Shown here: one piece after another, positions 1 to 9,400 of the stretch
Position numbering within the stretch: the stretch's first letter is position 1
Layout: each line of letters opens with the position of its first letter
Notes under the pieces: model-generated
Databases searched by the model: none
What the model was told of the DNA's origin: nothing
The model's input: the letters and a program-made list of their open reading frames with translations, nothing else
Source of the DNA: an uncultured bacterium
GTDB lineage: Bacteria > Patescibacteriota > JACMRA01
Direction of reading: 5' to 3'
Length of the DNA stretch: 64,000 bases
Assembly: GCA_963704645.1 (NCBI GenBank)
Contig: OY969926.1
Location: 1,202,569-1,266,568, forward strand
Position numbers and translations under genes: made by a program

Positions 1-1203
1 TCTTTAGCTGGAAGCAACGCTACAAGTAGCAGCTGTTTTATATTAAACAATAGTTTGTACTGCAACTCTATACCAACAGCTGGCATTTCCAGTTCCGGCC
101 AGAAAAATATTAATGTTGTAATAAATAATAGTGGCAATGCTACAAAAGGCTTCGCTAATATTTTAGCTCCATTTGGTCCATGGACACCAAGTACAATGAC
201 AACCAACAATGCGATTGAACAAATATATTTTTCTGGAACTAATAAACTTTACCAGTCAGTTCGTGGCTTAGATAACAAGCTCTATACTAGATCTGCTGAA
301 GGTACGGATAGTTTTTCTAGTTGGAACATTGGAACCACAGGAATAACCATAAAAGCCGAGCCAAGCATGGTAGTTTTTAACAACTTACTTTACCAGTCAG
401 TTTGGGGAACAGATAACCTTAGCTATACAAGATATTTTGACGGAACAACATGGACTGGTTGGAGAGAAGGAAATGGAATTACTTTAAAAAGTAAACCTTC
501 TTTAGCAGTTTTTGATGGAAAAGTTTGGTTAGTTGGGCACGGTACAGATGACAGACTTTATACAAGAACTATTCTAAGCGACAATGTAACTTGGGGAAAT
601 TGGGTGGAAGGAAATGGAATTACTTTAAAAACTGAAGCTATTTTAGCAGTTGCTCAAGACGGGCTTTTATACCAAGTGGGTTACGGAACAGATAATGCAA
701 TTTATGTTAGAACTTACGCATCAGGTGGAACAAGTCCAAATTACCAAACAACTCCAACTGCTTGGCTTAGACACGGAGACATTACTCTTGGAAACAAGCC
801 TAGACTGGTCACAAATTTTGGAAACAAAGTAATTGCCGTAGCCCGTGGTACCGATAGCGGTTTGTATATTACTACAGATTTAAGTTCTACACCAAATTGG
901 CAAAGACTAAGTAAAGCAGGTGGCTTCAACGTTTTATCTAGCCCGGACGCTATTGTTTTTTCTGGAATATTAAATATTTCTACACGTGGATCGGATACTA
1001 ATTTATATACCGCATTAAACCCGTACAACCCAACTACAACCCTAAATTCAATTTTAGCTGGTTTCCAACCTTCTAATAACCCATGGAAAAACGCAGATGG
1101 AATTACAACCATAAGCAGCCCAACCAGCACAATTTTTGGCAATAAAGTATACCAAACAGTAGCAGGCTCCGACAACAAAGTATGGACCAGAATTAGAGTG
1201 TAA
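1..1203 (+). CDS. Secreted beta-propeller lectin-like protein (PLL/tectonin-like repeats); 5' end cut by the window edge
   Basis: The frame is open from nt 1, so the listed start at 55 is only an internal TTG. It contains about 7 tandem ~47-aa repeats with the motif [YW]G/RGTD(N/D)xLYxR ... W..W ... GIT(L/I)K..P..V.F. This pattern is typical of 7-bladed PLL-type lectin propellers. Stop is TAA at 1201. Confidence 0.6.
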   Translation, partial: SLAGSNATSSSCFILNNSLYCNSIPTAGISSSGQKNINVVINNSGNATKGFANILAPFGPWTPSTMTTNNAIEQIYFSGTNKLYQSVRGLDNKLYTRSAEGTDSFSSWNIGTTGITIKAEPSMVVFNNLLYQSVWGTDNLSYTRYFDGTTWTGWREGNGITLKSKPSLAVFDGKVWLVGHGTDDRLYTRTILSDNVTWGNWVEGNGITLKTEAILAVAQDGLLYQVGYGTDNAIYVRTYASGGTSPNYQTTPTAWLRHGDITLGNKPRLVTNFGNKVIAVARGTDSGLYITTDLSSTPNWQRLSKAGGFNVLSSPDAIVFSGILNISTRGSDTNLYTALNPYNPTTTLNSILAGFQPSNNPWKNADGITTISSPTSTIFGNKVYQTVAGSDNKVWTRIRV

Positions 1204-1206
1204 TGT

Positions 1207-1233
1207 TGTAGAGGCGAGCCCGTCTCGCCACCC
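1207..1233 (+). repeat. GC-rich hairpin element, TGTAG family, copy 1
   Basis: Sequence tgtagaGGCGAGcccgtCTCGCCaccc: a 6-bp perfect stem with a 5-nt loop, in an AT-rich intergenic region directly after the stop of the upstream CDS. Confidence 0.6.
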
Positions 1234-1253
1234 AAAATACAATTGAGAAATTT

Positions 1254-1282
1254 CGTAGGGGCGATCCCCGGTCGCCTTCCCC
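1254..1282 (+). repeat. GC-rich hairpin element, GTAG family, copy 2
   Basis: Sequence cgtagggGCGAtccccggTCGCcttcccc. It has the same GTAG-purine-GG lead and a stem with different, compensated bases. It lies ~20 nt after copy 1. Confidence 0.55.
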
Positions 1283-1489
1283 AGCCACAATACGTTTTAA
1301 ACATAAAAATACAAAATCATAAAAACATGTAGAGGAAAGCTCCTGTTTTCCATTTATCACTGGAATTATAGAATTTTTCAATATACAAGGGGAATTCTTG
1401 CTGTTTCAACTGGATATAATTTTAAAATTTATGCCCAATAATAGAGCCCTCTGTTACCAGAGGGAATGTTTGTAATATTTTATATGACA

Positions 1490-1882
1490 CTACTGTAAGA
1501 TAGTAAAACTAAAGAACGGCGCAACAAATTTATTGTACCAAGCCAAAGTTGGAGCAACTCGACAGTTTTCAATATCAATTACAATATACCCATTTTCTTC
1601 AGCATCTGTGAACGCATCTTTTCCACTGGTCTGAACGGCAACATATGCAATCCAGCTAGAGCGTTGTTCAGCTATATCTACTGGGTAATCTTGCTCTTGA
1701 CTTGTCAAAACTGACCATTCTCCGCGGTGAATTGCCTGCTGTATAAAATACTGAGACAATTGTGCAATCACACCTGAACCAGTTGCAGCAACAAACCAAG
1801 AAAGCCCTTCCTGACTAAGTGATTCCATTGGGATTTGAGCCTCAGGATGTAACATTAAGCCATCATATTCTCCAGCGTTCAT
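1490..1882 (-). CDS. Hypothetical protein (130 aa), no recognisable motif
   Basis: Clean ORF with an ATG start, convergent with the lectin-like gene. It looks locally GC-richer than its surroundings by eye. Confidence 0.45.
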   Translation of the reverse strand: MNAGEYDGLMLHPEAQIPMESLSQEGLSWFVAATGSGVIAQLSQYFIQQAIHRGEWSVLTSQEQDYPVDIAEQRSSWIAYVAVQTSGKDAFTDAEENGYIVIDIENCRVAPTLAWYNKFVAPFFSFTILQ

Positions 1883-2029
1883 ATTTTCTCGAACGTTTTT
1901 AGTTTAAAATGTAGCAGTATTTTGCTAATTCCTAGTTAAGCATAAAAAAACCTAATACACAAGTGTTGACCTAATGGACTATTGTTAGACTTTGTCATAA
2001 TTAGCACTATTTATTTTTTTACACCACCC

Positions 2030-2479
2030 CTACCCCAAATAATATTCCAAGATAGTCTTAGCCGACAAAGCATGTAAAGAATTCGAAGCAATTTTTTTGG
2101 CAGGTGATGTAATTCCCCTACTTGGCCTAAGTCCTATACTACTTTTACTGGAAGTTACCTCCGGTTTAAAACCCAACAAACTTTGCTGACTGCTTGAACG
2201 TTCGTTAAACAAAACTACTTCAATTTCTGGATAATCTGAACTAAGTTTTCTAGCAAAAGACTCTACTTTGTCTGTTATTTCTGTTGGTTGAAGTTTAAAA
2301 TTTACTGGCCTTCCTACAACAAACTTACTTACTTGGTATTTCAACAATAACTCTTTTAATTCCGAATAAAAATCTTTTTCTAAAACTGATTTATAAGGAA
2401 TTGCTAATTTGGTTTGTGAATCTGCTATGGCAATACCAACCCATTTACTTCCCCAATCTATACCAACTAAATTAAACAT
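2030..2479 (-). CDS. ruvX: Putative pre-16S rRNA nuclease / Holliday junction resolvase-like protein YqgF (RuvX)
   Basis: The N-terminal 'GIDWGSKWVGIAIAD' matches the YqgF/RuvX G(I/L)DxGxKRIGvAxsD signature. Size (149 aa) and a later 'VVGRPVN...' segment are typical of the family. Confidence 0.85.
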   Translation of the reverse strand: MFNLVGIDWGSKWVGIAIADSQTKLAIPYKSVLEKDFYSELKELLLKYQVSKFVVGRPVNFKLQPTEITDKVESFARKLSSDYPEIEVVLFNERSSSQQSLLGFKPEVTSSKSSIGLRPSRGITSPAKKIASNSLHALSAKTILEYYLG

Positions 2480-2600
2480 AAAAAAAAATTAATTGAAAAT
2501 GATGATTCTAAATGCTTAACTAGATCAATACCCCTGATAAGGGGTGAAACCGATAGGCCTCGAGGTAGCAAAAGAAATCCTCTCAACAAAAAAGGACTTG

Positions 2601-3191
2601 TTAGTCCATGTATTTTGGTGTGAAAGGCATTAAAGCCATGTGTCTGGCACGCTTAATTGCTACAGTAATTTTTCTTTGGAATTTTGCTGAGTTTCCTGTT
2701 CTTGTTCTTCCAAAAATTTTAGCGTAAGGAGAAGTAAACTGGTTCAAGAAATCTACGTTTTTGTAATCTATAACACGTAAACCTAAGTATTTAGAAATAT
2801 CTTTCTTTCCAGCTTTACCTTTGTTTAAATCACGGTGTGATTGTACTTCGGCTTTCTCATTTCTAACTTCTTTAGATTGTTGCTTAATAAAATCGGTTTG
2901 GTTTACAATAATGTATCTAATTACTTCGTCTTGCAAGTTTAATTTTCTTTCAACTTCTTGTAATCTTGGTAAAACTTCTTTGTCTAAATCAAAATTAATT
3001 AATACGTAAAAACCAGATAAATGTTTTTCTATAGGATAAGCTAAACGAGCTAAACCTTGCTTGGCTACAGTTAATTCGGAGGCTTGTAAACCTGTAGTCA
3101 AAAAATCTGTAAGAGTGTTAATTTGTGTATCAACCTGTTCAACAGTAAGTTCAGGGTTAAGAACTAAATAAATTTCGTAATTTTGCTTCAT
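2601..3191 (-). CDS. rpsF/rpsR: Fused ribosomal protein bS6 (N-terminal) and bS18 (C-terminal), single 196-aa ORF
   Basis: Residues 1-~100 match S6: 'YEIYLVLNP...[22 protein letters not shown]...DEVIRYIIV'. The C-terminal ~70 aa match S18: '[50 protein letters not shown]'. There is no stop codon or frame change between the two parts. Confidence 0.85.
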   Translation of the reverse strand: MKQNYEIYLVLNPELTVEQVDTQINTLTDFLTTGLQASELTVAKQGLARLAYPIEKHLSGFYVLINFDLDKEVLPRLQEVERKLNLQDEVIRYIIVNQTDFIKQQSKEVRNEKAEVQSHRDLNKGKAGKKDISKYLGLRVIDYKNVDFLNQFTSPYAKIFGRTRTGNSAKFQRKITVAIKRARHMALMPFTPKYMD

Positions 3192-3215
3192 ATTAAGACA
3201 AATGCTAATGTATTA

Positions 3216-3245
3216 AACATAGTTCAACCAAAGCTTTTTTGTCAA
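3216..3245 (-). promoter_or_regulatory. Candidate sigma70-type promoter for the S6-S18 gene
   Basis: On the minus strand, TTGACA (3245-3240), an 18-nt spacer and TATGTT (3221-3216), about 25 nt upstream of the ATG at 3191. Confidence 0.3.
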
Positions 3246-3466
3246 GAAGATCTTGCAAGGAGGTTACATTGGGTTGGCTGGTAAAAATGACAGTGTGCAA
3301 AAATGCACTATCTTAATGTTACCGTTTTGTTAATTTATAATTATCTACCAACCCTTTATTAACCACCATTCAACCTATCAAATGGTAAATTATAATATAT
3401 AGATCATTAGAGGATTGATTTTTTAGAGTAATCTAATTTTTAATCTCTAAACCAAATTCCTCTATT

Positions 3467-6400
3467 TTATATATCCAACTCAATTTTCTTTTTCTTGCTC
3501 TGTCTATACAAAAATACTATCATGACAACCAAGACACTTAAACCAACTTGTGCAGCTGTTTCACCACCCGTTCTAACAAGAATGTTTTGGGGAGGTACAT
3601 TAGGAGTAATTTCAACCCTAGCACTGGTCGAGGCAATAGACTGATTAGTAATAGGATCTATAATGTCAGATGTTCCTTGAATACTATTTTGCAGACTGGC
3701 TTTTGGTAATACATCAAATACAACAGGAATAGTTTGGCCAGCTTGGGCATTAAGGATAGTTATCTTTAGGCTAGAAGAAGACAAGACCTGGAAACTAACT
3801 GTTGTTGCTGGTAGTGTTTGAGCATTTGCAGGAATAGAGAATAGAGAAGCTAACATACTTCCACTACCCTCCAAGAAGCTAAGATACTTAGTACCAACTA
3901 TACTTCCCTCTCTAGCTGAACCAGATACAAAGTCTAGTTTAGTAGTATCTATGTTAATTATAGTTTCAATCTTATCTACAACAAAGTTATTAGGGTTTGT
4001 AATATCCGCTTGAATTTTTAATGGCTGGTTAAGCAGAATGTTTGCATCTTGTTTTTCTTTGTAGAGAGTTAACTGTATATTTTGAATTATCACTGGCAAA
4101 GCATTAACAGTTAAGTTAACAGTAGCAGTATTGCTTTCTCCGTCATTGTTACAAGCCTTGTATACAAACGAATCTGAACCAGTGAAGTTATTAGCTGGAG
4201 TATAGATAATTTTGCCATTTTGAATAACCAAACTTCCTCCTGCAGTAGATTGTGATGCTGTAGGTGTTCCTCCATCTGCTGTGCTAAACAGTGAGTCAGC
4301 ACAAATACTGGTAGCTAGCGTGTCGTTAGCTAGAACGTCAATAGTTGTTGGTGAATTAATGTCTAAGGTAGCAGCGTCATTAGTTGCTGCAGGCAGTAGC
4401 AAGGTTACAGTAATATTTACAGTAGCTTCGTTAGAGAAGTCTCCTTGGTTATCTTTAATCTTGTAGGTAAAGAAGTCAGTACTGCTTTCAGTGTATGAAG
4501 ATGAAGTTGGGGTGTAAGTAACTTTTCCAAAATCAGGACTACCAACTTCAGTGTTAACGCTAACTGTTCCTTTAGTTGGTTGAGTAACTATTATTACACT
4601 ACCAAGGTCAAGAGTACCGTCGCCGTCTGTATCGTTAGCAGCAACTTCTACCACTAGTACAGAGTATTTACCTCCACTAGCAGCGTCGTTATTAGCAACT
4701 GGTAACTGATTTGCTGGAGGAACAGTAATATTAATTGTAGCTGTAGCTGTGTTAGAAGAATGATTCTGTGTATCTCTAATAATGTAAGTGAAAGAGTCGG
4801 TCCCACTTACTGGGTAGGAAGATGAAGTTGGAGTGTAGGTTACTTTCCCTTCGTTAGGGTCACCTACTGCTGTGTTAACGCTAACTGTACCTTTAGTTGG
4901 CTGGGTAACTATTGTTACACTACCAAGGTCAAGAGGAGCAGAAGTAGCAGTATCGTTAGCCGCAACGTTAAGAACTGTAGTGCTGGAAACTAAGCCTGAG
5001 GCAGTGTCCGAATTAGCTACAGGGTCTACAACTACATTAACCGTAACGGTAGCTTCGTTTGAAAAGTCTCCATCATTATCTTTAATTCTATAGGTGAAAG
5101 TGTCGGTGCCGTTTGCTATAAACAAAGCTGTGTTGGCTGTGTAGGTAATTCTTCCTGTAGTAGGGTTTACACTTACAGTTCCTTTAGCTGGGTTTTCTAC
5201 AATAGCAACGGTGGTTAAGTCTAAAGAGCCATCACTGTCTATATCATTAGCTGGAGAATTAATAACTACAGGGAAATTAGAAACAGTAGATGCCAATTCA
5301 GGGTTAGCTACAGGAGCAATGTTTGGTATTACAGTTACATCTACAGTAGCAGTATTACTTGGATTACCAGCAGGATCACAGGCTGTATAAGTAAAGCTAG
5401 TATTGCCAGAATATCCAGGGGTTGGAGTGAAGATAATTTGTTCAACTGTACCTATTACAGTTTTAGCTATAGTGCCGTTTGAATTGCTTACTGAAGATAG
5501 TGGCATGCAGATAGCAAGGTCTTGAGCAGAAGGATCACTATCGTTAGCTAGAACATCAATGGTTACAGAATTGTTTTGATCAGTGGTTACGGTATCGTTT
5601 ACAGCTACTGGGTTTACTGGGGTTACAGTAATGGTAACTGTAGTTTCAGAAGAAGGATTGGTTCCTGCTACAGTGCTACAGGCTGTGTAGGTAAGGGTGA
5701 TGTTTCCAGTGTAGCCAGCAATAGGACTAAAGAATACATTATCTACAGCACCACTGCCACTTCCTACAGTTACAATTGTAGCGCTACCATTTGATGAAGT
5801 AGGAGAAGGAGACAAAGTGACTGGATCGATAAACATGATCGAACCTGAGCAGATGTTAGTTGTATTAATGTCGTTAGTTAAAACAGGAATAGTAACTGAT
5901 GTGAACTCTGGGGTAATTGCGGTGTCTGGTATGGCTTCAGGCTGGTTTGGATTAATGGTTATGCTAGCTGTAGCAAAGCTGCTACTTCCATTTGGATTAC
6001 AAGTTTTGTAAGTAAAAGAGTCAGAGCCTACAGAACTACTGTCTGGAGTGTAAGTAAAGCTTCTTTTATCTGCACTTAAAGTTAATATTCCTTTAGCTGG
6101 AGATGTGAAGTTATCTGCTCCAAAGTCACAGACTGTGCTAGCAGCTAGATCGTTAGTTAAAACATCAATTACTACAGGTACTCCCTGGTTAGTAGTAGCA
6201 GTGTCATTAGCGGCTACTGGTGTATACAGTACAGTTACTGTGGCTGAGTTAGATTCTAAAGTAGGACTGCCACTATCTTTAATTGTGTAGCCAAAGGTAT
6301 CACTGAAGGGTGAAACGAAGGCTATGTTTGAATTTGCATTTGGGGTATAAGTAACTTTTCCAAAATCAGAACTTGTTGAGGTGGTGTTTACACTTACTGT

Positions 6401-9400
6401 ACCAGTAGCTGGTTGGGTTGTAATTACAATACTAGCCTTGTCCAAATTAGCGTTGCCTTCAGCGTCTGTGTCGTTAGCTGACACATCTACATCTGCTGGG
6501 TTAAAGGCAGGAAGGGTTATTGTATCATTTACAGCTACTGGCGGGGTGTTGTTTACGGTAATGGTTACTGTAGTAGTGCTACTTTCTCCATCGATGTTAC
6601 AAGCTTTATAGGTAAAGGTATCTGTTCCTGTGTAGTTATTGTTTGGAGTGTAGGTTATTTGATTACCTGAAATTATAGCAGTTCCGTTTGGAGTTGTGGC
6701 TGGAACCGAACCTGTACAGATTGAAGTTGCGTTAGTGTCGTTAGCTAGAACATCTATAACTATTGCACTGTTTGAGTTTAAGGTTCCCGAGTCAGGGTTG
6801 GCTATTGGTAAAACTACTGTGATGCTTATTGTGACAGTAGCAATATTGGAATAATCTCCATCATTATCTTTAATTTTGTAGGTGAAGGTATCACTGCCTG
6901 AAGAAGGATAGGAGGAAGGAGTTGGGGTGTAGGTTGCCTCTCCAGTAACTGGATTAATATTTACTGTTCCTTTAGTTGGGACAGTTTCAATTGTTACAGA
7001 GGTTAAATCTAAATTACCGTCTGAATCTGTATCGTTGCCAGTGACGTTGATAACAATAGGATTGTTTTTACTACCATCTGACGTATCATCATTAGCCACA
7101 GGAGCAATGTTTGGTATTACAGTTACATCTACAGTAGCAGTATTACTTGGATTACCAGCAGGATCACAGGCTGTATAAGTAAAGCTAGTATTGCCAGAAT
7201 ATCCAGGGGTTGGAGTGAAGATAATTTGTTCAACTGTACCTATTACAGTTTTAGCTATACTTCCATTAGATGGTGAGGATAGAGGAATACAAATTGTAAG
7301 AACCTGAGCAGAAGGATCACTATCGTTAGCTAGAACATCAATGGTTACAGAATTGTTTTGATCAGTGGTTACGGTATCGTTTACAGCTACTGGGTTTACT
7401 GGGGTTACAGTAATGGTAACTGTAGTTTCAGAAGAAGGATTGGTTCCTGCTACAGTGCTACAGGCTGTGTAGGTAAATGAAGTAGTTCCAAAGTAGCCTA
7501 TGGTTGGAGTGAATAGTATTTTATCTACTGTGCTACCAGCTGTGCCTGAAGGTACAATAGTAGCTATACCATTTGCAGCGTTAGAACCTAAGTTAATAGA
7601 ACCAACGCAGATATTGGTTGCGTTAGCGTCGTTAGCTAAAACGTCTATAGTAATAGGTGTTGATTCTGGGGTGGTTGAGGTGTCCGGGGTTGGTTGTAAG
7701 TCTAGAATACAAGTGAAAGCATTTTCAAGTGAAGCCGACTGACCATTACTATTGGAAACACTTACTGTTTGGGATAAACCGTTACTTGGTAAAGTTGTTG
7801 CAGTTAGTTGACCAGAAGAAATATATGTACCTTTTAGCTCTACTCCGCAGACAGTTACTGAGATATCATTAGGATTAAAATTAGTGTAGAAGCCATCTTG
7901 ATCTCCCTCAGAAGTTATAGTAATACCTCCAATTCCAACAGTATCAAAATATTCACCAGCAATATATAATTTTCCATTATATTCATAAACTGCTCTAACT
8001 TGATTACCGCCTACCCCTCCAATTGCTAATCGTCCTCCAGTTCCACCAATTCCATTTAGCTGAACTAGATTACCAGATGTGTCGTATTGTGCAAAGAAAG
8101 CATTAGTTCCAGCTCCTGTTATTTTCTTAATACCGTCAGTTAAAGCACTGCTATACCCTCCTCCAATCCATATTCTATCATTTGAGTCAATGAACAAATC
8201 TCTGGAAGTTCCAAAACCTGGACTTGGAAGAGATTTAACCCATTGGAAAACTCCAGTAGAGGTTAGTTTAGCTGTAAACACTGTCGCCCCAGTAAGAGAA
8301 CCATTAACATCAATAGTTCCAAACCTTCCTACGCTACCTCCAAAATATCCTGTTACATAAACATTTTCCGCAGAGTCTAATTTTATTCCATACGGTAAAT
8401 CAGTATTTAGATTTATAGGTCCTACAGTACCACCATTAACAGCCCAAACTTCATTACCTGAACTATTCAATTTTAATATAGCTATGTTACTAGAAGAACC
8501 AGTTCCATTACTAAAGTTAGATAGAGAATTTAAAGTAGTAGAGCCAAATGTAATAGATTGAGTATAACCCATTGTAGTATAGACGTTACCATTGGAATCA
8601 ACTGTTAGACCATGCATTTCGCCGTTATCTCCATTTGTGTCACTGGGACTAAGCATTGCAGAATAAGGGTAATGTTTAACCCATATATAATCACCATTAG
8701 GGCTTAATTTAGCTATAAAGAATTCACCAAAAGATGATGCAATGTTAAAACTAAAGTTTCCGAAAGTTGCTGTGCTTCCACTAACTTTTCCAGAGAAATA
8801 TATATTTCCAGCGTCATCTACGTCTACGTTAGTTCCATTTTGTACAGGGAATTCTGTTCCAACATTGAAAATAGTATTTGCAGTACCTCCTCCCCCTTTA
8901 GCCCAAATAAACTCACCTGTTGTTTTATTAATTTTTGCTATAAATACGTTTGATCCAACACTTCCTGTTAAAGTAGTAGAACCAAAAGTAGCAGTGCCAG
9001 AATAGTACCCAGCCACAACAATTGCGTTATCGGCTTCGTCGTTGCCCATAGATTGCTTCCTTGTAAAACCGTCTCTTGTACTTCCTCCAGCTTTGGTGGC
9101 CCATAGATAATTTCCAGCGCTATCAATTTTAGCAATATAAATATCTTGCTCTCCGCTACTAACTAGGGTTGTGAATCCTAAAGTTATTGTTCCTGTAAAT
9201 TCTCCAGAAACATATTGGCCTGTGCTATCAACCACCATACCTCTTATACCATCATAGTTTGTAGAGCCAATACTACTAATATCTTGGTATTGCCCTTCAA
9301 CAAAATTAGCACCATTTACAGTTACGTTAGTTCCACCAGAAGCAGGGCCGTAGGTAGGACTAACCGAGCTAATAGACGGATTAGGAGTCAGTGCAGATGT

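Larger units (their letters stand above)
4105..7715 (-). repeat. 12 tandem ~100-aa cadherin-like / bacterial Ig-like repeats
   Basis: A recurrent motif 'P(V/I)A(N/V)(N/D)D..T......V.IDVLANDTD..G.LDL.SV.I...P..GTV.V....G..TYTP......G.D.FTY...D..G..S..ATV.V.V' was counted 12 times. Confidence 0.7.

Noticed and set aside
650-1381. Nested or antisense ORFs 650-832, 741-1304, 1054-1290 and 1193-1381.
   Set aside because: They overlap the lectin-like CDS or are assembled from the GC-rich hairpin elements. No motifs were found.
2530-2545. Hairpin ACCCCT-gata-AGGGGT between the S6-S18 gene and ruvX, considered as a terminator.
   Set aside because: There is no U-tract on either strand, and the stem is short. 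It was not called as a terminator.
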